64,000 nucleotides of DNA from Lytechinus pictus (GCF_037042905.1 NC_087250.1:992001-1056000); one strand, 5' to 3'. Counted from the stretch's first letter, positions 12,645-24,567 are shown. Translations and numbers: made by a program. The notes: generated by a model not told the origin, from the sequence alone.

Positions 12645-12657
12645 TCCTCCCCCCGCC
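12645..12657 (-). promoter_or_regulatory. Polypurine tract of the BEL element
   Basis: Minus strand GGCGGGGGGAGGA directly precedes the LTR 5'-TG. Confidence 0.85.
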
Positions 12658-12910
12658 AACAGTAGCGGAAAAGAGCTAAAATTCTCCTGACTGAATGAAT
12701 TCTGTAATTATTATTTTATTTTATTTTTGTTTACAGACCAGATGAAAAATATTCAAGTTTTGCACCGACATAAAATTCAGGAGTATCAAAAGCAACTTTC
12801 TTTCAAAAATTCAAATTTTGCACCGACATAAAATTCAGGAGTATCACAAGCAACTTTCTTTCCTCAATGGCATTGAAAAACCAAAACACAATTTATGAAC
12901 TCCATATTGT

Positions 12911-15900
12911 CTACTCCTCATACCCTTCTGCCGGATATATTACAACAATCTTCGAAATCGGCCGCTTATAATCAGTACCTTTAGATTGTACTTTAACTGT
13001 TCGAACTTTCCCATCAGTCCCAGGATACACTTGGATAACTTTACCCAATGTCCACTTTCCTCGAACTGCATTAGGGTCAGAGAGTATAACCACGTCATCG
13101 ATTCGGACGTTCCTTCTGTCACTGTTCCATTTTCGTCGTGGCACCAGTAGTGGAAAGACGTCACGCATCCAACTCTTCCAGTACGCGTCGACGATTCGCT
13201 GGACAAACTCAAAGCGATGTCTCGGGTTCTTCGTCTCTCTGAAGGGTCCTTGAGGGACTGCGCTCGAAGATCTTCCAAGCAAAAGATCGTTTGGACACAG
13301 ATATGCTCCATCATCGGGATCATTCGGAGTTCTTCCGATAGGGCGCTGGTTGACGAGATTTGCGACCTCTTGGAGACATGTATGCAACTCAAAGGGTGTG
13401 ACCAGTTGATCCCCGACTGCTTTCTTCAAGGCGATCTTGCAACTTTTAACTAACGCTTCAGCACATCCATTGTGATGCGGTGCAGATGGAGTGGTGAACT
13501 TCCATGTCGTTCCTCTCTCGGCGCAGAAGTCCTTTAACTCCTCATAGCTCCAACCTCTCACCATCTCCCGTAACTCTCTTTCTGCCCCTACGAATTGTGT
13601 ACCGTTGTCACTTAGCAGTAATGCAGGCTGACCCCGCACAGCAAAGAATCTTCGTAGTACCTGCATGAACTCCATGGATGAGCAATCAACGGCCACTTCA
13701 AGATGTACCGCTCTTGTATTCAGGCAGGTGAAGAGGACCCCATAGTGCTTGGCGGTCTTGTTCCTTCCAACTTTGACTGATATCGGTCCAAAATAGTCGA
13801 CAGATGAGAAGTGAAACGGTGGTGTATATGGGGCAACTCTCTCATCTGGTAGATCAGACATGACTTGTGACTCAACCTGATGCTCCATGCGTCGGCAAAT
13901 CACACACCTATACTTTACAGTCTTAGCCAGTTTATGAATATTCAGGATCCAGTATTGACGTCGAACCTTCGCTGCAGTAGCTGCCACGCCTCCGTGTCCT
14001 AGCTGATGCATATGTCTCGTTATCAGCACTGATACCCAAGCTCCATGTGGCAGCAGAGCAGGGTGTTTGTGCTCATAAGAAATCAGAGCCTTGTCTAGTC
14101 GCCCTCCAACTCTGATAATTCCCTCGTTGTCTATAAAAGGGCTGAGAGTCTTGAATTCTCCACTCTGTACACGTTGATACAAGGAACTCTGGGCTTCCTT
14201 AATTAGAAAGTGTTCAGCTTTCTGCAACTGAGTTGTCGATAAGTTTCCATCTCCAAGATTGACATTAGACTTTGCCCGAAGTACAGCTTTGAGCTTGTCG
14301 ATGAACTTTAAAACATAAGCCGTTACTCGGATCAGTTTTTTCCAGCTGGAGAATCTCTTGACATCGATCACATCATTGTTCTTGACTGAGATATGATTAA
14401 CCCTTCGTCGTTCTGCTTCAATCTCAGTCTCTGCTTCTGGAATAGCCTTTTCTGACGGCCATTCCTCGTAAGATCTGTACAAGAACGCAGGTCCTTGTTT
14501 CCATCTTTCTGAGAGCTTCCTTACTGGCAGGCCCCTGGAGACGTCATCTGCTGGGTTCAGCTCTCCGGGAACATACTTCCATTGTGCAGGGTTGGTATAA
14601 CTTTGGATTTCTCCAATCCTTGCTGCGACGAATGGCTTAAATCTCCTACCCTCACTTCGAATCCAGGAGAGGGCAATCATGCTATCAGTCATGAAGATGA
14701 TCTTTTCAGGCTTCAGACTCAGTTCTTTCATCACTGTTGTGTAGACTCTTGAAGCCATTACTGCCGCCTGAAGTTCAAGTCTAGGCACAGTCATCTTTTT
14801 CAGGGGAGCAACTCGAGATTTGGCAACTACAAATCTAACAGCATATTTACCATTTTCCAGCTTCCACTGCAAATACACACAGACTCCAAATGCTACCTCA
14901 GATGCATCAGCAAATATGCACAGTGAAGGGTGACCAACAGCCATTGGTGGAGTCAGGCATCTCTCATATTTGATATCATTCAAGTCCTGCATCTCTTTCA
15001 TGAATGTCACCCACCACTCCTGTAGATCGGGAGGCAGAAGTTCATCCCAATCATATCCTCTTTGCCACAACTGCTGCATTCCAATCTTTGCACGAACTAG
15101 AAAGGGGGCAGCAAATCCTATCGGATCAAATATTCGTGCAATTCTACTCAGAATCTTCCTTTTGGTAAGTACACTCGATTCTTCTTTTCCATCATTAGGA
15201 AAACTGCTGACTGTGTCCTTCAGTTTGTAGAAGAACATATCTTGCTGGTTGTCCCATGCTATTCCCAGCACTTTGTCTTCCAAGGCGGCTTCGAGGATTT
15301 TTGTTTTACCTTCCTTCTTACTTTCTCCTCTCAAAGCTTCGTTGCTGGTCCAGCCTTTAACTTTAAAGCCACCTTCCAAAAGTACTTGATCAATTTCACT
15401 TGTCAGCTGCTCTGCTTCGCCTACATCTCTCACCGAGTCACATATGTCGTCCATGTAGACACTCTCCTTCAGTACCTGTGCTGCTTTCGGATATCTAGCC
15501 TCTGCTGCTTCTGCTGTCATCCTGAGTGCCAACTGGGCCATAGCTGGTGCTGGCTTGTCGCCAAATGTAACAACTTTCATAATGTAAACATCTGGCTTTT
15601 TATCAGTCTCCATATCTCGCCACAGGTACCGATGTACATTCATATCTCTCTCAGGAATTGAGACCCTGTGATACATCTTAGAAATGTCACCACAAAATCC
15701 TACTTCATTCATCCGGAATCTCAGCAATACTCCAAGCAGATCATTGAGAAGATCTGGACCCTTTAGCCAATAGTCATTTAAGCAATGACCCTGATATGAT
15801 GAAGACGAATTGAAGACGATGCGTACAGGGGTACTTCTCTTCTCAGGCCGGAGAACAGCGTGGTGGGAAATGTAGTGAACAGGACCCTCGTACTGAGCTA

Positions 15901-18052
15901 CTTCATTCTCTGTTAACTTTCGTGCAAATCCATTCTCTATCAGTTCCCTCATTTGTTTTCTATATGCATCTGCATGGTCTGGGTTTCGAGCTAGTCTTTT
16001 CTCAGTCGAACACAGTACCTTCTCTGCTTGTGCTCGATTGTTAGGAAGTAGGTTGGGATCCTTTCTCCATGGATAAGCAATCTCCCACTTGTTTCCAACC
16101 TTTCTACTAGACTCTCTGATAATCTGCTCCTCAACCTTCTCCTGCTTGCTCAAAGGGCTTGGCTCACAATGGCAGGAACTAGACTGCACCCCCATAGATT
16201 CTGAGCTCCAGAAATCGGTCAAGTCAATTGGGGATGTCAACTTCACATGCAGCACATTCATCCTATCATTCCTTCTTTTGGGAGCACCAAAGATGACCCA
16301 GCCCAGTGGGGATTTTCGGGCTACTAACTGTCCCTTCTCTCTCGTTTCACCAAGATGCATCTTTGGGTAGTCAATACCTATGAGAAGATGAACTGACCCA
16401 CTTCCTCTGCGTAGATCCTCAGACTTCAGATTAAACTGCTTGGAAACTTCATTCATCTTCACTTGTGCAATATTTTCACTGATACAGGGTAATGCCACTG
16501 CTGCTAAAGAATGAATGGCATTGGTAGAGAGGGACCTCACTTTTATCTGATACTGTTTGGTTTCCATCTGCTCTTGCTCTCCACCAACCTTAGTGATTGT
16601 GATATTTATGTTGCTTCCCTTCAGATTCATCTCCTTAGCAACAGACATCTTGATGAGGCTTACTTGAGCTCCAGAGTCTAAGAGCACATTTCCCTTACAG
16701 ACTGCTCCTTGTTGCCCCAGGATCTCCGCTGTAACTACGGGTAACAGTGCCTCAGAGTTGCCCGCAAAGGCGACATCTACATTTCCACCTCGGACCTCTG
16801 TTGAAGCATGAAGGAGGGGGTGGTGGAAGTACTTGCATGGTTCTCCGGCAGTAGTTTCACTACATCGACGTTTCCGTTTACAGTTTGACATTCTGTGATC
16901 CTTACCAGCCTTCTTTAGACAGCTAAAACAGGCATGATGATCCTTGAGTAGCTTCAGTCTCTCGGATTGTGACATGGCTAAAAACTTACGACACTGATCA
17001 AGCCAATGTGATGATGTTTCACAGAGCCAGCATTTGTGAAATAACCTCTGGAATTTGTTTTCCTGGCTGGCTACTGTCTTCCCGACTAGATGTACACCAC
17101 TTGACTTCGAATCACTTCGGACTGGGGCCGAAGCTCTCATCCTTGACTTCAGTTCAACTGTAAGCCATGTCAGAAACATTTCAAAGCTTGCCTTGCCACT
17201 TGCCTCTTGATGCCTAAACCACACCAGTCGGTCTTCCGGGCTTAGCTTCCTTTCCATTATGGCAAGCATATGGCTATTGTTCAAATTTCCTGGCTGGTTG
17301 ATTTCCATGAGGGTATTGTAACTCCTCCGAACGAGATGCACAAACTCACAAAATCTTTCATCTTCTCCGCTTTTGAGTGGTTTGACTTTTGAGATGTCAT
17401 TGATTATAGCGTCGGCAACAAAGCGCTCATCTCCATATATCATGTCCAACTGTTCCCATGCTGCTTGGTAGTTATGCCCAATTCCTTTAATCAACTGCAA
17501 GGGTTTGCTCTGTAAACATGACCTCAGAATCATTAGGGCATCTCTATCCTCATACTGTCTGCCAACAGCATGTAAAAAATCTGCCTTGAAAATGCAGTAA
17601 TCACGGATGTTGCCATCAAAGGTGGGAAGTTTAGGCCTTTCCATCCTATAAACAGATCCTGACATTCTCCTTCCTGCTTCAGGAGGCTGATTTGTCTGTC
17701 TTGGTGACTGATCTTGCTGTTCATCTGCTGATAAAGTTGTTTCCATACTCTGATGGCTTGTCGATGCTCTAAGATGATGCTCTTGGAGCTGCTGTGCTTC
17801 TCTGTGGCTCTCATTATCTTTGCAATAGTCTCTTTCAAGGATCTGCAGCTTCAAAAATGAATTGTGGCACTCTTCCATCCACAACTCTTCTCTTTCAAAT
17901 TCCTCGTCATCCTCTAGCACTTCCGAATAACTGTCATGCTTATTTTGTAAATCCTCAAAAGCACCAGCATACTGTGCAAACGATTCCTGAACTTCTGGAA
18001 CAGGTCGCTCTCCATCGATCAAGCTCTGAAGGGCCTTTCCAAACCTGGACAA
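12911..18052 (-). CDS. BEL/Pao Gag-Pol polyprotein (Gag, 3 zinc knuckles, protease, RT, RNase H, integrase)
   Basis: KLPTFDG Gag motif; CWLC...H...C, CFSCL...H...C and C...C...HHPLLH knuckles; LLDSGA protease; YMDD RT; FADAS and PRLELQAA RNase H; H..GH...CVIC plus SDNGT integrase; BEL-type C-terminus (WTLGKVIQVYPGTDGKVRTV). The true start is probably ATG 18110 across a 1-nt frameshift. Confidence 0.96.
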   Translation of the reverse strand: MSRFGKALQSLIDGERPVPEVQESFAQYAGAFEDLQNKHDSYSEVLEDDEEFEREELWMEECHNSFLKLQILERDYCKDNESHREAQQLQEHHLRASTSHQSMETTLSADEQQDQSPRQTNQPPEAGRRMSGSVYRMERPKLPTFDGNIRDYCIFKADFLHAVGRQYEDRDALMILRSCLQSKPLQLIKGIGHNYQAAWEQLDMIYGDERFVADAIINDISKVKPLKSGEDERFCEFVHLVRRSYNTLMEINQPGNLNNSHMLAIMERKLSPEDRLVWFRHQEASGKASFEMFLTWLTVELKSRMRASAPVRSDSKSSGVHLVGKTVASQENKFQRLFHKCWLCETSSHWLDQCRKFLAMSQSERLKLLKDHHACFSCLKKAGKDHRMSNCKRKRRCSETTAGEPCKYFHHPLLHASTEVRGGNVDVAFAGNSEALLPVVTAEILGQQGAVCKGNVLLDSGAQVSLIKMSVAKEMNLKGSNINITITKVGGEQEQMETKQYQIKVRSLSTNAIHSLAAVALPCISENIAQVKMNEVSKQFNLKSEDLRRGSGSVHLLIGIDYPKMHLGETREKGQLVARKSPLGWVIFGAPKRRNDRMNVLHVKLTSPIDLTDFWSSESMGVQSSSCHCEPSPLSKQEKVEEQIIRESSRKVGNKWEIAYPWRKDPNLLPNNRAQAEKVLCSTEKRLARNPDHADAYRKQMRELIENGFARKLTENEVAQYEGPVHYISHHAVLRPEKRSTPVRIVFNSSSSYQGHCLNDYWLKGPDLLNDLLGVLLRFRMNEVGFCGDISKMYHRVSIPERDMNVHRYLWRDMETDKKPDVYIMKVVTFGDKPAPAMAQLALRMTAEAAEARYPKAAQVLKESVYMDDICDSVRDVGEAEQLTSEIDQVLLEGGFKVKGWTSNEALRGESKKEGKTKILEAALEDKVLGIAWDNQQDMFFYKLKDTVSSFPNDGKEESSVLTKRKILSRIARIFDPIGFAAPFLVRAKIGMQQLWQRGYDWDELLPPDLQEWWVTFMKEMQDLNDIKYERCLTPPMAVGHPSLCIFADASEVAFGVCVYLQWKLENGKYAVRFVVAKSRVAPLKKMTVPRLELQAAVMASRVYTTVMKELSLKPEKIIFMTDSMIALSWIRSEGRRFKPFVAARIGEIQSYTNPAQWKYVPGELNPADDVSRGLPVRKLSERWKQGPAFLYRSYEEWPSEKAIPEAETEIEAERRRVNHISVKNNDVIDVKRFSSWKKLIRVTAYVLKFIDKLKAVLRAKSNVNLGDGNLSTTQLQKAEHFLIKEAQSSLYQRVQSGEFKTLSPFIDNEGIIRVGGRLDKALISYEHKHPALLPHGAWVSVLITRHMHQLGHGGVAATAAKVRRQYWILNIHKLAKTVKYRCVICRRMEHQVESQVMSDLPDERVAPYTPPFHFSSVDYFGPISVKVGRNKTAKHYGVLFTCLNTRAVHLEVAVDCSSMEFMQVLRRFFAVRGQPALLLSDNGTQFVGAERELREMVRGWSYEELKDFCAERGTTWKFTTPSAPHHNGCAEALVKSCKIALKKAVGDQLVTPFELHTCLQEVANLVNQRPIGRTPNDPDDGAYLCPNDLLLGRSSSAVPQGPFRETKNPRHRFEFVQRIVDAYWKSWMRDVFPLLVPRRKWNSDRRNVRIDDVVILSDPNAVRGKWTLGKVIQVYPGTDGKVRTVKVQSKGTDYKRPISKIVVIYPAEGYEE

Positions 18053-18213
18053 CTTGGCTTTTGCCCCTCTCCGCTGCAGGCGCAGATTTCTTAACCTTCT
18101 CGGCTGACATATTTCTTAAAGACTTCTGATCCCTGATGTAAAGAGTCGTCAGATCCAGACAGCAGACTACTTGTGGTGACCATCAGACCTCTTCCCAGAT
18201 GAAAGAAATTGAA

Positions 18214-19956
18214 TTGCACAGTATGCTGGTGCTTTTGAGGATTTACAAAATAAGCATGACAGTTATTCGGAAGTGCTAGAGGATGACGAGGAATTTGAAA
18301 GAGAAGAGTTGTGGATGGAAGAGTGCCACAATTCATTTTTGAAGCTGCAGATCCTTGAAAGAGACTATTGCAAAGATAATGAGAGCCACAGAGAAGCACA
18401 GCAGCTCCAAGAGCATCATCTTAGAGCATCGACAAGCCATCAGAGTATGGAAACAACTTTATCAGCAGATGAACAGCAAGATCAGTCACCAAGACAGACA
18501 AATCAGCCTCCTGAAGCAGGAAGGAGAATGTCAGGATCTGTTTATAGGATGGAAAGGCCTAAACTTCCCACCTTTGATGGCAACATCCGTGATTACTGCA
18601 TTTTCAAGGCAGATTTTTTACATGCTGTTGGCAGACAGTATGAGGATAGAGATGCCCTAATGATTCTGAGGTCATGTTTACAGAGCAAACCCTTGCAGTT
18701 GATTAAAGGAATTGGGCATAACTACCAAGCAGCATGGGAACAGTTGGACATGATATATGGAGATGAGCGCTTTGTTGCCGACGCTATAATCAATGACATC
18801 TCAAAAGTCAAACCACTCAAAAGCGGAGAAGATGAAAGATTTTGTGAGTTTGTGCATCTCGTTCGGAGGAGTTACAATACCCTCATGGAAATCAACCAGC
18901 CAGGAAATTTGAACAATAGCCATATGCTTGCCATAATGGAAAGGAAGCTAAGCCCGGAAGACCGACTGGTGTGGTTTAGGCATCAAGAGGCAAGTGGCAA
19001 GGCAAGCTTTGAAATGTTTCTGACATGGCTTACAGTTGAACTGAAGTCAAGGATGAGAGCTTCGGCCCCAGTCCGAAGTGATTCGAAGTCAAGTGGTGTA
19101 CATCTAGTCGGGAAGACAGTAGCCAGCCAGGAAAACAAATTCCAGAGGTTATTTCACAAATGCTGGCTCTGTGAAACATCATCACATTGGCTTGATCAGT
19201 GTCGTAAGTTTTTAGCCATGTCACAATCCGAGAGACTGAAGCTACTCAAGGATCATCATGCCTGTTTTAGCTGTCTAAAGAAGGCTGGTAAGGATCACAG
19301 AATGTCAAACTGTAAACGGAAACGTCGATGTAGTGAAACTACTGCCGGAGAACCATGCAAGTACTTCCACCACCCCCTCCTTCATGCTTCAACAGAGGTC
19401 CGAGGTGGAAATGTAGATGTCGCCTTTGCGGGCAACTCTGAGGCACTGTTACCCGTAGTTACAGCGGAGATCCTGGGGCAACAAGGAGCAGTCTGTAAGG
19501 GAAATGTGCTCTTAGACTCTGGAGCTCAAGTAAGCCTCATCAAGATGTCTGTTGCTAAGGAGATGAATCTGAAGGGAAGCAACATAAATATCACAATCAC
19601 TAAGGTTGGTGGAGAGCAAGAGCAGATGGAAACCAAACAGTATCAGATAAAAGTGAGGTCCCTCTCTACCAATGCCATTCATTCTTTAGCAGCAGTGGCA
19701 TTACCCTGTATCAGTGAAAATATTGCACAAGTGAAGATGAATGAAGTTTCCAAGCAGTTTAATCTGAAGTCTGAGGATCTACGCAGAGGAAGTGGGTCAG
19801 TTCATCTTCTCATAGGTATTGACTACCCAAAGATGCATCTTGGTGAAACGAGAGAGAAGGGACAGTTAGTAGCCCGAAAATCCCCACTGGGCTGGGTCAT
19901 CTTTGGTGCTCCCAAAAGAAGGAATGATAGGATGAATGTGCTGCATGTGAAGTTGA
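18214..19956 (+). pseudogene. Inverted, truncated duplicate of the BEL gag-protease region
   Basis: Reverse complement of 16237-17979; the 579-aa ORF is identical to the minus-strand polyprotein until it runs into the minisatellite. Confidence 0.93.
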
Positions 19957-20660
19957 AGGGGAGGGGAGTGTATACAATAGAGAATGAGAGGGGAGGGGAG
20001 TGTATACAATAGAGAATGAGAGGGGAGGGGAGTGTATACAATAGAGAATGAGAGGGGAGGGGAGTGTATACAATAGAGAATGAGAGGGGAGGGGAGTGTA
20101 TACAATAGAGAATGAGAGGGGAGGGGAGTGTATACAATAGAGAATGAGAGGGGAGGGGAGTGTATACAATAGAGAATGAGAGGGGAGGGGAGTGTATACA
20201 ATAGAGAATGAGAGGGGAGGGGAGTGTATACAATAGAGAATGAGAGGGGAGGGGAGTGTATACAATAGAGAATGAGAGGGGAGGGGAGTGTATACAATAG
20301 AGAATGAGAGGGGAGGGGAGTGTATACAATAGAGAATGAGAGGGGAGGGGAGTGTATACAATAGAGAATGAGAGGGGAGGGGAGTGTATACAATAGAGAA
20401 TGAGAGGGGAGGGGAGTGTATACAATAGAGAATGAGAGGGGAGGGGAGTGTATACAATAGAGAATGAGAGGGGAGGGGAGTGTATACAATAGAGAATGAG
20501 AGGGGAGGGGAGTGTATACAATAGAGAATGAGAGGGGAGGGGAGTGTATACAATAGAGAATGAGAGGGGAGGGGAGTGTATACAATAGAGAATGAGAGGG
20601 GAGGGGAGTGTATACAATAGAGAATGAGAGGGAAGGGGAGTGTATACAATAGAGAATGAG
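19957..20660 (+). repeat. 32-bp G-rich minisatellite, right part (~22 copies)
   Basis: Same unit and orientation as 7482-9636. Confidence 0.98.
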
Positions 20661-22402
20661 AAGAAAACAGTGCAGAATGTGGGCCAGAGATGAGAGAGAG
20701 AAAAAATTAATACTGAGAACACAGTTATGTTCAAATGGGAGCTGAAATATTGAAATTTGAAAAGAGATTGAGTAAAAGAGGGATCATTAATAAATGTAAG
20801 TTTGAGATAAGGCACAATATAAGGGGTGAAGCTTTGTTAAAATATCAAAAAGTCACACGATGTAAAAAGGAACAGTATATGTTTGTTATATTATGACTTG
20901 ATGTGATGAAACAACTTATAGCAAAGATATTACCTCCTCTCATCTCATTCTCTTCTTTTGAATTTTCTACACCTCCCTCTCTTAAGATCCAAGCCCCTTT
21001 ATTTCCTAACTAATCTATACCTTTTATTTCCTTCAAAAGGAAAAAAAAAGAAAAGTAATAATGGTGGGCTGTCAAAAACCTCAAAGTTTCAAAGATAGCT
21101 TAGAATTTGGTTTTTAGATTTATGACATAGTAAACAACATCCTTTTGCATTATCCTTATGGTGATAAAAGGCTGCTAACAGCTTTTCGTAAGCTGTTTTC
21201 AAAACTTTTCAATTTTACGGCAAATCAAAATCATGTAGATCATACGTGTAAATTGTATTGCACATGGAATATATTGTTTTCAATAAACTTTCCTGAAACA
21301 TGCTGGGATAAGAAGTCACGCAGTAAAAAAAAAAAAAGAATCTTTTGCTTTGAGTTATCCATGGAATTTCAAAATACATTATACTCATACCCAATGAGAG
21401 AAACACAACAGTATTATTTATTCTTAATTTATTGAACATTTGGAGACAAAAATTAAAAAATGAATGTCAAACACATGTTGTAATATCCATTTCTACAAAA
21501 CGTTAATTATCTTGAATATGAAGTCATATAGTTCCCTGTGACATACAATCAATTGAGTGTATCGGTACTTCTATGGCAATGCATGTAAGAAAAGTTACAG
21601 TCAATTGCAACATTAATCATATCTTTTTATGTTACACCCCCCACCCACTAGACTTGAATAACCCCTTTTCAAATAGGCATGCATGTACAAACCATCAGAA
21701 ACATTTCAAATATACAAAACAAAATAAAGAGATTAGAATTACATAGGAATCAATAGCAAAACGGCATTGGTTAACTATATAAGAATGCAATCTATACATG
21801 CATGGATCCAGAGTTTGAATTTACAAAACGGGGTGTAAATTGGCACAAAAATTTTACAAACAAAAAATGTTTGAAAAAGTATTTAAAAAGATAATCGCTC
21901 CCAAATGAAAGCATTTTACAGGGACCGTCCTCTTTTTGCAGGGTAGGTGCCCACCTTCTGTGCAAACCTGGATCAGCACAAAAAATAATTACTATTGATT
22001 TATCACAAAGGAATAGAAAATTAGAAAAATAAACAAATGTACTATGAAATGAAATAAATTAACGTGACTAATATTCAAACTAAACATCAAAATAAATTTC
22101 ATGAAATGTGCCAGCTGTCAATACTCTAATTGCCAGTCAGCTATGACCTAGTGAAATTCAATTTTGTGATCGTCTGATTTAAAAGGACACACAACACAAC
22201 AACTGAAGGAAGCACTGAATTTACTACAAGATAAGATGAAATAATACCAACAGTCTTTTCACAAAGCTGTTTATATGACTTAACACAGAACCGCTGTCCC
22301 ATTGTTGTGCTAAATTGAGATTCTCAAATTCTTAACATGATGTGAGTGCTCTTCCTATAGCTCTAATCAAACCTTTAACATGCAGATTCAGATGCTTTTT
22401 AA

Positions 22403-22509
22403 AGGACAAGTCCAACCCAACAAAAAGTTGAATTGAATAAAAAGAGAAAAATCCAACAAGCGTAATACCGAAAATTTCATCAAAGTCGGACTGATGTGGA
22501 CTTGACCTT
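22403..22509. mobile_element. Internally deleted Kolobok-like MITE
   Basis: ttaa-aggacaagtcca...tggacttgacct-taa; same termini as the longer copy at 61344-61945. Confidence 0.6.
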
Positions 22510-23218
22510 AAAAGAGAAATCAAATCTTCATCGGTCTGATTTTGATTTTATTTGAAGGGAATCAAAGAATTCTCCATTCATTTGTAAACAGCTTTATGAA
22601 ACACCATCAAGATCAGAATGACTACAGAATCAATGATACTCACTGTTAATAACAAAGACACTACAAGGAAAAGACTGACGGTGGATGGAACGCTTGGGAA
22701 GAGCGCCCGACAGCGTTCGGTAGGTATGTACATTTGCGTATCGTCATTTTGGGTTGTGTATAAACATATGGGGGAAATGGTAGAGGGGTGAAGAGGTGAT
22801 TTTGACATTTTAAGGCATTTTTCTTTAAAAACGCTAACAAAATTAAAAGGCATACATGTATATCTCAGAGATTTCTTGGAAAGAGGAAGTAGAATTTTCT
22901 AAATTCGCCGCCCCTGTGCCCTCTCCCTCATACCTTCTATCATTTTCCCTATAGATACGGTCTATGCACAACCTGCACGCCAATTACCCAAGTTTGATGC
23001 CCTTCCCCATGAATGAAATAGAGCATTTAAAAAAAATCACCAAAGTGCCCCATCTTCCCCTTATAGTGTCTTTGATTTGAATACCATCTCTATCATCATG
23101 TATCTTAGCAGGAATCCTATTCAGCATCTTTCACACTATCATTCACCATTGATTTGTATAGGCCTATATGCTGAAAATTAGCCAGAAAAGGGCACTGAGT
23201 TCTTCATCAAACAGTTAC

Positions 23219-23813
23219 AGGGGAATCCAACCCAAATAAAAACTTGTTTTTATAAGAAAGAGAAAACTCAGACAAGTTGATAGGTAAAAGTTTGAACAAT
23301 ATTGGACAAACAACAAGAAAGTTATGAATTTTTAAAAGTTGTAAATATTGGTAATCACTATACCCATGGAGACTTCAAATTGGTCGCATATGGGATGTCA
23401 TAGTGATGTAAGGCAAGGACTACTCTTCTATGTACTCCAATACATATTATGGCTAAAATGTCATTTATCCCAAAAGTTTTATTTCAAATTATAGTTTTCT
23501 TTCATGAGAACATAAAACAATATACTACCTAGGTTATATGTAGATTACTGCCCCAAGGGAATAGGTACTTAGGAGAAAACCACAAATCCCTGATAATAAA
23601 GTACATGGCCTATGGGAAAGTTGTCCTTGCCCCTTGTCATAATTTACTTACCCAGTTGCCAATTTGAAATCTACATACTATTAGTGATCTCAATTTTAAA
23701 GCAGCTATAACTTTCTTATTGCTTGTCCGAGTTCTTTCAAACTTTCACCATTCTGTTTAATTTATTTTTCTCCTTCCCAACACAACATTTTATGGCCAAG
23801 GCTGGATTCCCCT
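23219..23813. mobile_element. Kolobok-like MITE (AG...CT termini, TTAA target)
   Basis: TIR aggggaatccaacc / ggctggattcccct, flanks ttac and ttaa, internal subterminal inverted repeats. Confidence 0.7.
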
Positions 23814-24567
23814 TTAAAACAAGTATTAGGTTGAAGTCATATTCATCTAAACCAAATATAAAGCATTAATACAATCCAATTGCAATGATTCGAGAGATAT
23901 TCATATATGTATGAATAAACATAATATAAGGCACTATTTGGTTTCAAAAATACAATAAAATAATCAATTACAACACTACATGTAAACCACACAATCATAT
24001 TATTCAGTATCTTCTTAAAATTAAGTCTGAATTGCCCTAGTACACAAGCTAGAGGTGCTTGTCAAATTGATTTCTCTGATTGATTGCAATGGTCAATGTA
24101 ATCAAACTAATAAACTCTACAATCCATTACTGTTCTGTGTTAGAGGGGCCATATTCTGAAATTTTTTTCTCGAATTCTGTTTTATCTTCACTGCAAAATC
24201 TGTATATCTAGTATCTTTCTTACACTGAACGTGTATGAGCTTCATGCCTTGAGCTGCAAAATGGCACAAAGATTAATTCAGTACATTCACATATCTTGAG
24301 ATACTGTACATAGGTATTCTGAAAATTGTGAATCTTTTTTTTTCTTAACTTCTTAGAAATTTAAACAAAATTTACAGGAGTATGTTGGTCACTGTGATAT
24401 ATTCCTTACTTGATTCTGGTAGAAGTATTTTATTCGGGGAGACATTTCAAAATGTACATGTAAGATTTTTCAGCCATTTATGATTAAATGTAAAGTGATG
24501 AATTCTCTTTTCTTTCAGATGTCAGCATAAGTGTACAGAGGGAGTAATGTATATTTTGCTACTTTTC

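Larger units (their letters stand above)
9637..19956. mobile_element. BEL/Pao LTR retrotransposon inserted as a rearranged double fold-back structure
   Basis: Inverted arms 9637-11102/11179-12644 (coordinate sum 22281) and 16237-17979/18214-19956 (sum 36193), both confirmed by mirrored ORFs in the track. Central BEL polyprotein on the minus strand; the same minisatellite flanks both sides. Confidence 0.93.

Noticed and set aside
12752-12863. 58-bp tandem duplication in the BEL 3' UTR; degenerate repeats in the Gypsy 3' UTR (53105-53360)
   Set aside because: Short UTR repeats are common in LTR elements and no function is evident.
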